From IMG/VR virus record IMGVR_UViG_3300012984_000011: a stretch of DNA of 64,000 nt; one strand, written 5' to 3'. The position numbers were made by a program, and so were the translations under genes. This DNA is from an uncultured virus (IMG/VR IMGVR_UViG_3300012984_000011). Lineage: Duplodnaviria; Heunggongvirae; Uroviricota; Caudoviricetes. Below, one piece after another: positions 53,776-62,134 of the stretch (the first letter of the stretch is position 1; the number at the start of each line of letters is the position of its first letter). The notes beneath the pieces were generated by a model. That model saw only the letters and a list, made by a program, of their open reading frames with translations. It had not been told where the DNA came from and did not search any database.

Positions 53776-54494
53776 CGGGTCAGTTCCTCCCAGCGAGCTT
53801 CGATAAACTTCGCGTAGATGATGGAAGGGAGTCCATAGGACCCCAATGCATACCCGTCATTGACTTCCACCAACACAGTTTGGCCTGTGCTGGTCACCCC
53901 GAAATCTAGTGAGAATGCTCTGGGACAGTCCTTGTAGGCTGAGACCGCTGCTTCTACGGTTCGACGATCGATCGCCTTGCCCCAATCTCCCTTGTAGTGG
54001 CGGACTCCCACAATATCCCCATCTTGGATAAAACAGCGGTACTCAGACTCCAGGGAGATCGGTTCCGAGACCCAAATCTCGGTATCGTCCTCACAAGTCG
54101 CCATACGTATCTGGTCACCCATATTGGAACGCCAGATGAAGCCAGTGAAGAGCTTTTCCGACACTGGCTTGATGAACACTTGCTCGACCGAACGCCGTAT
54201 CTCCCCCAGGGTGCTTCGCCAGATCTTACGGCCCAACCAAGGAGTCAATTGCTCTGGGTAATCGATGGGGATGGGCATCGGCTTACCCAAGACCTTTAGA
54301 GCGGCCCACGTATCTCCTACGAAGCCCGTCACCCCAACCTCTGGGCCCAGATCGGTCAAGGCTTGGATATCGTCAAAACCGTAATAGGGCTGTACCTCAA
54401 CACCTAGTTGGGTAAATCCGTCCAAAGCCGCAAAAGTATTGGGGCTGTCTGGATATTGTTCTCTGTGTCGGATGTAGATCTTGCGCAGGTACAT
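53772..54494 (-). CDS. ATP-grasp protein (R2K/DUF4343 family)
   Basis: DYPEQL..WLGRKIW, FIKP...KLFTG, SEYRCFI, FSLDFG...LVEVNDGYALGSYG. Confidence 0.85.
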   Translation of the reverse strand: MYLRKIYIRHREQYPDSPNTFAALDGFTQLGVEVQPYYGFDDIQALTDLGPEVGVTGFVGDTWAALKVLGKPMPIPIDYPEQLTPWLGRKIWRSTLGEIRRSVEQVFIKPVSEKLFTGFIWRSNMGDQIRMATCEDDTEIWVSEPISLESEYRCFIQDGDIVGVRHYKGDWGKAIDRRTVEAAVSAYKDCPRAFSLDFGVTSTGQTVLVEVNDGYALGSYGLPSIIYAKFIEARWEELTR

Positions 54495-55015
54495 CAGGCC
54501 AAGGTGCTTCTGGGCTGAGATCTGTTGATCAACTGTACCGCCACACTGGGGATCACATAGTCGGCCAGCTGAACTTCCTGTGTGGTGTACTTGGCCAGTT
54601 CTTTGGCGGTACTGGAGGAGACGTAAAGATGTCCCGCCTCGGCAGGAATGAAGATCGTCTGGATGGTATGGTCCAGCTTATGGTTGATGTCGGCAATCTT
54701 CATCTCTTGCTCGAAATCGGAGATGGCCCGCAAACCACGAATGATGGTGGGGTAGACTTCCTCGGTCCTTTGAGACTGACAGTAGTCAATCAGCAGACCT
54801 TCGAAGCAATCGACCGTCACCCCATGAAGGCGGTACAGATCGATGTATTGCTCAATCATTTGCTTCCGTTCCTCGAACGTGAACATCCCCTTCTTGTCCG
54901 AATTGATGCCGATCGCCACCTTGACTCGATCGAACACCTTCAGCGCCCCCTTGAGGATGCTCAGATGACCAAGGGTGAATGGATCGAAGCTACCACCGTA
55001 GATACCTAGCGACAT
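54494..55015 (-). CDS. coaD: phosphopantetheine adenylyltransferase
   Basis: IYGGSFDPFTLGH, IIRGLRAISDFEQE, VSSS.AKE. Confidence 0.93.
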   Translation of the reverse strand: MSLGIYGGSFDPFTLGHLSILKGALKVFDRVKVAIGINSDKKGMFTFEERKQMIEQYIDLYRLHGVTVDCFEGLLIDYCQSQRTEEVYPTIIRGLRAISDFEQEMKIADINHKLDHTIQTIFIPAEAGHLYVSSSTAKELAKYTTQEVQLADYVIPSVAVQLINRSQPRSTLA

Positions 55016-55033
55016 GGGGATCTTTACACCATT

Positions 55034-55273
55034 TCATTTGACGAAATGAGGTTGACCCTCTCTGGCTTTCCAACTGAGATGAACCCATCCTTGTGGGATG
55101 TAGTGTGATATTCCGTTGGAATCGAACACACGGTGACCCCCACTCTTCGAGACGTTGAGTCTTAGTGGGTTGTGAATGTGTACCGTCTTACCGTTCGAGA
55201 ATTCATAGACACGGTATTCCTCACTGCTGATGTCAGAGAAATCGAGTCCAGAGTCATTCTTGAATTCTAGCAT
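55034..55273 (-). CDS. conserved small hypothetical protein
   Basis: AGGAG RBS; DISSEEYRVYEF...SGGHRVFD..G.SHYIP.GW. Confidence 0.75.
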   Translation of the reverse strand: MLEFKNDSGLDFSDISSEEYRVYEFSNGKTVHIHNPLRLNVSKSGGHRVFDSNGISHYIPQGWVHLSWKAREGQPHFVK

Positions 55274-55375
55274 GTTACCTAACTCCTAAATTCCGATCAC
55301 ATGGAAATCCATGCGCGGTAGCATCACACATACCATTTAACGTAGAGAAGATCAAGTATTGGTGTACACCCAAGG

Positions 55376-55630
55376 ATGCAACACTTGACGGTCGAATCCT
55401 GGTTGGAACAATACTGCCGATGGCAACGGCTAGACTGGCAAAAGCTAAGCTCACCAGAGAAGAGCCAGGTGCTGAGGCAAGTTCCTTGCACGTTGCGTTG
55501 CTGGCGTATTGGGGATGCGGTAGACGGTCAGCTGGGCAAGCCTTGCGTCGAATGCGGCTTCCCCATCAAAGATCTGTTGCTCAAAGATCCTGAGACCGTC
55601 TGGGCTTTGCTGGATAGTCCGATCGTTTGA
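55376..55630 (+). CDS. Zn-finger protein with tag (PETVWALLDS)
   Basis: GGTGTA 9 nt upstream. Confidence 0.65.
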   Translation: MQHLTVESWLEQYCRWQRLDWQKLSSPEKSQVLRQVPCTLRCWRIGDAVDGQLGKPCVECGFPIKDLLLKDPETVWALLDSPIV

Positions 55631-55817
55631 GACTGACGGTGTGCTCTTCCGAGGTAGGTTTGAACCGGCGTTCCAGCAGGTAGAACCACAAGCCTATCAG
55701 CAAAGCTAGGCCCAGCATCCGTTCATCTAATGGCCCGCGGTGATGCGTTAGACTGAAGATACTGCCTAGAAGGAACCCTAGGCAGTACAGGGTGGTGACT
55801 TTCCAGCGGGCCATCAT
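55581..55817 (-). CDS. small two-TM membrane protein
   Basis: hydrophobic segments. Confidence 0.5.
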   Translation of the reverse strand: MMARWKVTTLYCLGFLLGSIFSLTHHRGPLDERMLGLALLIGLWFYLLERRFKPTSEEHTVSLKRSDYPAKPRRSQDL

Positions 55818-55845
55818 ATGGGTCTCAGATTTACAAGTGGATTGG

Positions 55846-56016
55846 TCAGAAGACCGCCGCTTCGCCAAAAGATCCTTGGTTGTCGTCCGACTGAGGGCTA
55901 TTGTGGGGGCTGCTATTCAGCCCCACTACGAAAAATATGTAGTATCCACAGCCAAGCCAGGTTAGGAACATCAGGCAGAAGAGCAGCACCAGCTTAAATT
56001 CGGAAGATCTTTTCAT
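55846..56016 (-). CDS. small membrane protein (56 aa)
   Basis: MKRSSEFKLVLLFCLMFLTWLGCGYYIFFVVG...; below the track cutoff. Confidence 0.45.
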   Translation of the reverse strand: MKRSSEFKLVLLFCLMFLTWLGCGYYIFFVVGLNSSPHNSPQSDDNQGSFGEAAVF

Positions 56017-57310
56017 GGGTCAACAGCCTCTTCTGACTGTCTCGCATGACCCCTCTGGTGTCGACAATCAAATACGCCTCATCCATCACTCTCTTTAGGT
56101 CAAATTCCTTGTGAGGAGTGGTGATGACCACCAAATCCCAATCGTGGTAGCTGACAGGATTGCAGCCAGTCATCTGAAGGCCGTGCTCCGAGAACTCAGG
56201 AATGAGGGGGTCCTGATAGGACACACAAGCGCCCATCTGTTCCAGTTTCTGGATGATCGGCAACACAGGCGATTCACGGATATCTGCCACATCCGGCTTG
56301 TACGCCACTCCTAGAATCAACACAAGAGAACCATTGACCGACAATCCTTGGTTGTTTAGAGCTTCGATGCAGCAACCAACTACATGGTCTGGCATCCCTC
56401 CGTTGATCGTATCGGCCAGTTCGATGAACCGTGCCTGGGAATTGAGACCTCGGAGCTTCCAAGAGAGGTAGAGGGGGTCGATTGGGATGCAATGCCCGCC
56501 CAAGCCTGGCCCAGGGAAGAAGGGCATGAATCCAAACGGCTTGGTGGCGGCCGCTTCAATGACCTCGAACGGATCCACCCCCAACTTCTTGCAGATCAGC
56601 GCCACCTCATTGGCGAGGCCGATATTAACGGCTCGGAAGGTGTTCTCCAACACTTTGGCCATCTCCGCCACCTCTGGAGAGCTAACCTGCGTCAACTGAT
56701 CGTTGATTTTCAGGTAGAGCCGATTGGTCAGACGGGCACAATCTTCTGTGATGCCTGACACCAATTTGGGCGTATTGGTGAGATGGTGGGTGGGATTGCC
56801 AGGGTCAATCCGCTCAGGAGAATAACCGATAAAGACGTCCAACCCCAATCGGTAGCCTTGCGTCAATCTATTGACCAACAGCTCTCGGGTGGTGCCTGGA
56901 TAGGACGTTGATTCCAACACAACCAACATCCCCTTATGCTGATATTGGGCGATCTGCTCCACCGCCTCCCTGACGATCGACAGGTCAGGGTCACGAGTTT
57001 TGCTTAGAGGGGTAGGGACGCAAATGAACACGATATCGGCATAGGCCAGCACACTCGGGTCAATGGTGGCCTTGAAGCGTCCAGATTCCTGCATGGCTTG
57101 CAACGTCTCAGAAGTGGGGCGATCAACGTACGACACCCCCATCTGGAGACTTGCTATTTTGGCTGCATCTGGGTCCAGACCGGTGACCTGGAACCCGCAG
57201 CGAACGTACTCTATTGCGAGGGGGAGACCAACGTAGCCCAACCCCATCACTACAATGTGTGCGCTGTCATCGAGTATTTTGGCGTATATTTCGTCAGTTG
57301 CTTGCGACAT
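55994..57310 (-). CDS. UDP-N-acetylhexosamine 6-dehydrogenase (WbpA/WecC family)
   Basis: GLGYVGLP, ICVPTP, LESTSYPGTT, SPERIDPGN, KVLENTFRAVNI, GGHCIPIDP, AYKPDVADIRESP. Confidence 0.92.
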   Translation of the reverse strand: MSQATDEIYAKILDDSAHIVVMGLGYVGLPLAIEYVRCGFQVTGLDPDAAKIASLQMGVSYVDRPTSETLQAMQESGRFKATIDPSVLAYADIVFICVPTPLSKTRDPDLSIVREAVEQIAQYQHKGMLVVLESTSYPGTTRELLVNRLTQGYRLGLDVFIGYSPERIDPGNPTHHLTNTPKLVSGITEDCARLTNRLYLKINDQLTQVSSPEVAEMAKVLENTFRAVNIGLANEVALICKKLGVDPFEVIEAAATKPFGFMPFFPGPGLGGHCIPIDPLYLSWKLRGLNSQARFIELADTINGGMPDHVVGCCIEALNNQGLSVNGSLVLILGVAYKPDVADIRESPVLPIIQKLEQMGACVSYQDPLIPEFSEHGLQMTGCNPVSYHDWDLVVITTPHKEFDLKRVMDEAYLIVDTRGVMRDSQKRLLTHEKIFRI

Positions 57311-57328
57311 GTGGCAGCCCTTACACCG

Positions 57329-57574
57329 TCAAGAATCGTCCATTTCTTCAATTTCAAATGGAATCTCAGTAGGGCGGTTGCCAGGCCATCGATACGCCCT
57401 TTCAACGGGTCTGAGCTGCTCGGAAGGACAAGGCTTCTTGTTAGGATCCTTATGTCCCGTGAAGTTGATCCCGTCAGCTTCTCTCTTGTCCTGCCAATCT
57501 GGGTATTGATCGCAGTATTGGCATTCTTTTTTGCCGTGAAGGATATTCGAGTCACAATGGGGGAAAGGTGCCAT
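57329..57574 (-). CDS. Cys/His-rich hypothetical protein
   Basis: FPHCDSNILH...CQYCD.YPDW; start uncertain. Confidence 0.65.
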   Translation of the reverse strand: MAPFPHCDSNILHGKKECQYCDQYPDWQDKREADGINFTGHKDPNKKPCPSEQLRPVERAYRWPGNRPTEIPFEIEEMDDS

Positions 57575-57833
57575 GTCGTTTGAGTTACCTGAGTTGGGTT
57601 CCATTTGGCTTCATCCTAATGCCCCCAACGTAAAACTTCAAGTATTGGCCATTGAACAGGTGGGGGCGCAGCAACTTGTGTACGTCGATCTAGACTACCA
57701 GGATCTACATCAACGGATCCATCTATCGATTTCCCTCGAAACTCTGCACCAAACCTACATCTGTCCTGCTACCGTGCGGCGGCCAACCCAATGGGAACAC
57801 TTGCTGGCGGATACGAAATTGCAGACATATTGA
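57573..57833 (+). CDS. hypothetical protein with tag (RPTQWEHLLAD)
   Basis: 86-aa ORF. Confidence 0.65.
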   Translation: MSFELPELGSIWLHPNAPNVKLQVLAIEQVGAQQLVYVDLDYQDLHQRIHLSISLETLHQTYICPATVRRPTQWEHLLADTKLQTY

Positions 57834-57917
57834 CGATCTATTGCGATCGAGTCGGTGTACTAGCGTACTTATACCCCGGTGGTTCTAGTACCGCCAAGCA
57901 GTCGGAAGGTTTGATTG

Positions 57918-59177
57918 ATGGAATGGACCGATAAGCGTATCAAGACTGCACTGAGGATTCTTCAGAGCGGCAAACATGCGACCGTTCAAGAAGCCCTCTA
58001 TGAAATAGGTCAGAAGCTAGAGGAGGACATCTCTCGCTCATCCTTGCTCAAGAGCTTCGAAAGGGCAGGACTTCGACCGCCTTCAGAGTACCTGAAGGCC
58101 TTGGAAGAGGATGATGACGTTCAAGATGCTGGCGAAATAGAGGACGCCGAGGAACCCTACACGGATCCGGTCGAACGCTTCGAGACCAAAGATCGTGAAC
58201 GACGCCTCAAGGCGGAACACGCTGATTTGGTAGATCGGTTGAGGGAAGCCGAGGCACGAAACCGCTTCATCACTGAAATAGATCGCCCCATCCACATTCC
58301 CAAAATACGCCGTCGGGAAACCAAGTCGGGCATCAGGGAGGGGACGGCCGTCATCCTGGCGAGTGATTGGCACGTAGAAGAGAACGTCTACCCAGAAGCC
58401 GTGGCGGGCCGAAACAGCTACAATCTCAAAATAGCCGAGGCCAGGGCTGAGCGATTCTTTCACGGGATCGAATGGTTGCTCGACTTTGGCCGTACCGAAT
58501 TCTCGCTTCGAGACGTGATCCTGTGGTTGGGTGGAGATCTGATCACTGGTTACATTCATGAGGAACTGCAAGAAGACAACGATCTGTCTCCTGTGGAAGC
58601 GGTCCTGTTCCTCAAGAAATTGTTGACCAAGGGTATCAAGACGCTGTTGCTTGACCCTGCTATCGAACAGCTGACTATCCCTTGCAGTTACGGTAATCAT
58701 GGTCGCATCACGGCCAAACGACGCATCAAGACTGGCGCCAAGAACTCATACGAATGGTTGCTCTATAACATCCTCAAAGAGGACTTCGCAGATGAGAAGC
58801 GAGTCCGATTCGTGGTTGATCAGTCAGCCCACCAGTATGTGGAAGCCTACGATTTCAACCTCCACTTTCACCATGGGGATGAGGTCAAGTTTGGTGGGGG
58901 GATCGGCGGCTTGTCGGTACCCCTAAATAAGCGGGTATTCAAGTGGGATGGGGTCAAACGAGCAGACTACCACCATATCGGGCATTTCCACCAATTGACC
59001 GACTTGGGCCGCACGGTGGTGAATGGTAGCTTGATTGGATACTCGGAATACGCCATGTCGATTGGCGCCGATTATGAGGCTCCTCAGCAGGCTATGTACA
59101 TCCTCGATTCCAAGCGTGGCAAGTGTATGAACACTCCACTCTGGGTAGACGAGGCGACTCCCTTGAAGAAGAGGTAA
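57918..59177 (+). CDS. calcineurin-like metallophosphoesterase with N-terminal helical region
   Basis: SDWH, GGDLITG, GNHG, HHGD, GHFH motifs. Confidence 0.85.
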   Translation: MEWTDKRIKTALRILQSGKHATVQEALYEIGQKLEEDISRSSLLKSFERAGLRPPSEYLKALEEDDDVQDAGEIEDAEEPYTDPVERFETKDRERRLKAEHADLVDRLREAEARNRFITEIDRPIHIPKIRRRETKSGIREGTAVILASDWHVEENVYPEAVAGRNSYNLKIAEARAERFFHGIEWLLDFGRTEFSLRDVILWLGGDLITGYIHEELQEDNDLSPVEAVLFLKKLLTKGIKTLLLDPAIEQLTIPCSYGNHGRITAKRRIKTGAKNSYEWLLYNILKEDFADEKRVRFVVDQSAHQYVEAYDFNLHFHHGDEVKFGGGIGGLSVPLNKRVFKWDGVKRADYHHIGHFHQLTDLGRTVVNGSLIGYSEYAMSIGADYEAPQQAMYILDSKRGKCMNTPLWVDEATPLKKR

Positions 59178-59178
59178 G

Positions 59179-59721
59179 ATGACCCTCTGCATCGGTATTG
59201 AACAAGGTCGACACGTCTACATTGGAGCCGACTCTGCCTCGATTGCCGAGGACAGCTATGATGTGGTGCGTGACCCCAAGGTGTTCCTGAAGAACGGGTG
59301 GGCGGTTGCTCATGCGGGCTATTGGCGACTTGGCGACTTGCTTCAATACCGCTTGCGTCTTCCAAAAGTTCCTGACAATCCGGCTGATATTGTGAAGACG
59401 GTCAAGCTCGATGTGGTGGATGAGCTGAAGAAGATGATTGTTGAGAACGACATCCCAATGATCGAAAAGGATGAGCCGATCGATTGGTTCATCCTTATTG
59501 GAGCCAAGGGTCAGCTCTACCTGATAGATCGCTCACTTCATGTCGAGCGGTCTAAGTGTAAGCATAACGCGATCGGGACAGGGGCTCAGTACGCCCTCGG
59601 GGCCTTGGATGCGTTGGACGATTCAGGACTGACGGCTCACCAACGAATGACCACAGCTTTTGAGATCACAGCCCGTCGCTGTACCGCCATCCGAGGCCCA
59701 TACCCTATCGTCAAAGCATGA
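59179..59721 (+). CDS. HslV/proteasome-like Ntn-hydrolase
   Basis: MTLCIG, GADS, PKVF, AIGTGAQYALGAL. Confidence 0.8.
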   Translation: MTLCIGIEQGRHVYIGADSASIAEDSYDVVRDPKVFLKNGWAVAHAGYWRLGDLLQYRLRLPKVPDNPADIVKTVKLDVVDELKKMIVENDIPMIEKDEPIDWFILIGAKGQLYLIDRSLHVERSKCKHNAIGTGAQYALGALDALDDSGLTAHQRMTTAFEITARRCTAIRGPYPIVKA

Positions 59722-59900
59722 ACAGGCCTGATTACGAGAACGGACGGTGTTTCGGTATCTTTGACCTGCGAGGGCAATCTTGGGTCTTGGATTGCTTTGA
59801 TGAAGTCCGGCTATTCCCAGATCTCAAATCGGCCGAAGACTACTGCACTCTGTGCAAAACCTACAGTTTCGAAGACTACGAGGCCAGGCTCTACAGATGA
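59718..59900 (+). CDS. small hypothetical protein
   Basis: coupled 60-aa ORF. Confidence 0.55.
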   Translation: MNRPDYENGRCFGIFDLRGQSWVLDCFDEVRLFPDLKSAEDYCTLCKTYSFEDYEARLYR

Positions 59901-60148
59901 ACCCCTACTTCTTTATTGCGGCCTTCCTAAGCGGTTTCGTCATCGAAACCGCTTGTGTGTTCTGGGTCCACTTCTCGGAACGTGGTAAAGCTTTGCCGAC
60001 CGCCCTATGCTCAATGGCAGTAGGTTGTGCTCAAGTCCTTGGTATTGGACAGTCGATACAGGATTGGAAAGTCGCCCCAGGCTTCGTACTAGGTTACGGG
60101 GTGGGGACCTACATGGCCGTCTGGTACAAGTCCAGGCCTAAAGCTTGA
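59897..60148 (+). CDS. small multi-TM membrane protein
   Basis: FVLGYGVGTY pattern, three hydrophobic segments. Confidence 0.65.
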   Translation: MNPYFFIAAFLSGFVIETACVFWVHFSERGKALPTALCSMAVGCAQVLGIGQSIQDWKVAPGFVLGYGVGTYMAVWYKSRPKA

Positions 60149-60485
60149 GCCACGCCTCATCGTCCAATTGCTTGATTCGGTGAGGACGATCGATCAGCGT
60201 AATTGGTTCTATAGACACCACATCAAGCTTGAATGCCGTCTGGTCTCCCGTTATGCCAACCACCACATAGGCGTCGTCCGACAGCTCAATGCGAGGTTGT
60301 ATTTGATACTCTTCCAAGGGGAAGGTGGCACGCCTATCAGACCCCGGCGGTAAACCGATGCCCGTCTGCTGCCAGAACAGACGGGCGATATGGAGGGAAA
60401 CCATGATTCGGCTGATCATGCCTGGGTCTGGGTTGACCTCCCTGGCCATCTTGAGGACGGGCTCTAAGATGGTGCCTTCAATCAT
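60138..60485 (-). CDS. hypothetical protein with tag-like end (RPHRIKQLDDE)
   Basis: 115-aa ORF. Confidence 0.6.
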   Translation of the reverse strand: MIEGTILEPVLKMAREVNPDPGMISRIMVSLHIARLFWQQTGIGLPPGSDRRATFPLEEYQIQPRIELSDDAYVVVGITGDQTAFKLDVVSIEPITLIDRPHRIKQLDDEAWLKL

Positions 60486-60488
60486 GGT

Positions 60489-60707
60489 TTAAATCGGACC
60501 GAAAGCCCAATACCAATCTGGGTTCCAATCATCTCCTACTCCTATGAGGCTGTAATCATCAAAGGAAGTAGAGATGCACCACACCTCTTTGGTATCCACC
60601 TGTCCAGTACCTGCAGTCCTTTGACCATGTCCATTCAGGCTAGGCCGTAGGATGACGATATCGGCTCGTTTGTCGATACAGAGCCTAGGGTCGATATTCT
60701 TCCACAT
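60489..60707 (-). CDS. hypothetical protein
   Basis: coupled ORF. Confidence 0.55.
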   Translation of the reverse strand: MWKNIDPRLCIDKRADIVILRPSLNGHGQRTAGTGQVDTKEVWCISTSFDDYSLIGVGDDWNPDWYWAFGPI

Positions 60708-61255
60708 CAGTCGTTCTCCAACCCGTCAGCGTCCTTGGCCAGGTAGTCCTGCCAGGGAATCACCTTGCCGTCCTCCAGGTCCAGGAAGCCCCAATTCTGG
60801 GCTCGCTCGAAGGCGCAAAAGAGGGTCCAGCAGCCGTTCTCAGTGTCGTTCAGGTCCACTCGGTGGAAGTCGTTGGCCTTGATGAAGTTCAACCGGAAGG
60901 GTTTCCGCATGATGCGGCGGAATGCCTTCAAACCGAAGTCCCAGCGGTTCTCCAGATAACCGTTCGTGAGGATGAGACTCACAGAAGATTGCCAGGGGTG
61001 GTTATGTGGTTCTCGGTCATGATCGGACCGGAAGAACCGGTGAAGGAAGATGCCAGGCCACCAACTAGCACGATCTCGTTTGGGGGTCAGGTAGACTCTC
61101 AATAGGTAAGGGCTACCATCGGGACCAGTAATCAGAGTTCTTCCGAAGGTTAGGGTGTGGTTGGCGATCCAGAACATCAGATCGTCAATCGCTCTGGGCT
61201 CTCCCTTGAGGATGGCCTTTAGGTCTATTTTACCCCTGTCTTGGTATGGTTCCAT
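60707..61255 (-). CDS. phage cupin-like protein
   Basis: IFLHRF.RSD.DR.PHNHPW...SLIL..GY.E...FHRVDL...WTLF. Confidence 0.75.
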   Translation of the reverse strand: MEPYQDRGKIDLKAILKGEPRAIDDLMFWIANHTLTFGRTLITGPDGSPYLLRVYLTPKRDRASWWPGIFLHRFFRSDHDREPHNHPWQSSVSLILTNGYLENRWDFGLKAFRRIMRKPFRLNFIKANDFHRVDLNDTENGCWTLFCAFERAQNWGFLDLEDGKVIPWQDYLAKDADGLEND

Positions 61256-61595
61256 CCCCACCCTGTACACCGAGTCGGATCGACAAATCCTCGTAAATCT
61301 CACTAGCTGTGACGGGACCTACCACTGCCGTTAGCTGGTAGTGGCACCTAGATACGAAATCTTCATACTGAGGTAGTTGGTCTCGTGAGGGGAACATAGA
61401 GGTGATCAACCCTACAATCATATCCTCCCCAAAACAGGTAGGGTCAATCATCGCCAGCATCGAATCCACCATATCGAAATCGCCAGCTTCGAACCGATCA
61501 TTCACCCAAAGGAACACGTGGTCAAGCGCCTCATCAATCTTATGATCCCCATTCAGACTATAGAGGGTTGAGAGGAAATCCAGTTCAGACATCAC
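61230..61595 (-). CDS. hypothetical protein
   Basis: 121-aa ORF. Confidence 0.6.
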   Translation of the reverse strand: MMSELDFLSTLYSLNGDHKIDEALDHVFLWVNDRFEAGDFDMVDSMLAMIDPTCFGEDMIVGLITSMFPSRDQLPQYEDFVSRCHYQLTAVVGPVTASEIYEDLSIRLGVQGGDGTIPRQG

Positions 61596-62134
61596 ACCTT
61601 GGGTCTCTTTCGCTTGACCGGCTTGTGCTCGCGCATCACTTGAGGGTACGGGACATCCAATTCAGGGAATTGCAACAAAGAACCGCCTCGGACAGCCTGA
61701 ATCAGATATCCTCTCTCCTTGTGCTGGACAAGTAGATTGTAGAACTTTAGAGCTTTGCGGATCAGACTTGCCTTGGAGGATTCCTTCTGAACCTCCACCA
61801 TGTACTCGACCTGGGACAGCTCTTCTGGGTTCAGATCGAGCGACACTCGGGTGGTGTGATGGTTGGGGGTCAGTGGAGGGATGGCTTTGATGTGCTCAAG
61901 CAACGCCTCTGAGGGTTTGTACCAGCAGCCATGCATGCGGTCGGGCCGGAACTCTTTTTCCAGTATTTCCAACTGTTCGGCCGTTCCTTCCTGTAGGGCA
62001 AGTATCTTGAGCTCGAACGGCATTGAGAACTTCCAACTAGCGATCAATGAATCGGGGTTTCGTGCTACCCCTATCGTGATGGCGATCAGTTTCTCGTTAC
62101 GGCCCACGCCACCAATGAAGTACAGGTAACTCAT
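61592..62134 (-). CDS. degenerate T5orf172/GIY-YIG-like domain plus ribbon-helix-helix
   Basis: YLYFIG..ITIG...E..F...R.HG.WY; TRVSLDL...SKASLIRKAL. Confidence 0.6.
   Translation of the reverse strand: MSYLYFIGGVGRNEKLIAITIGVARNPDSLIASWKFSMPFELKILALQEGTAEQLEILEKEFRPDRMHGCWYKPSEALLEHIKAIPPLTPNHHTTRVSLDLNPEELSQVEYMVEVQKESSKASLIRKALKFYNLLVQHKERGYLIQAVRGGSLLQFPELDVPYPQVMREHKPVKRKRPKV

Noticed and set aside
2377..61271. GGTGTA as a Shine-Dalgarno variant
   Set aside because: Only GGTG pairs with the canonical anti-SD and it would sit about 11-13 nt from the start, too far. The invariant TA and the back-to-back arrangement fit a promoter better. Not fully excluded.
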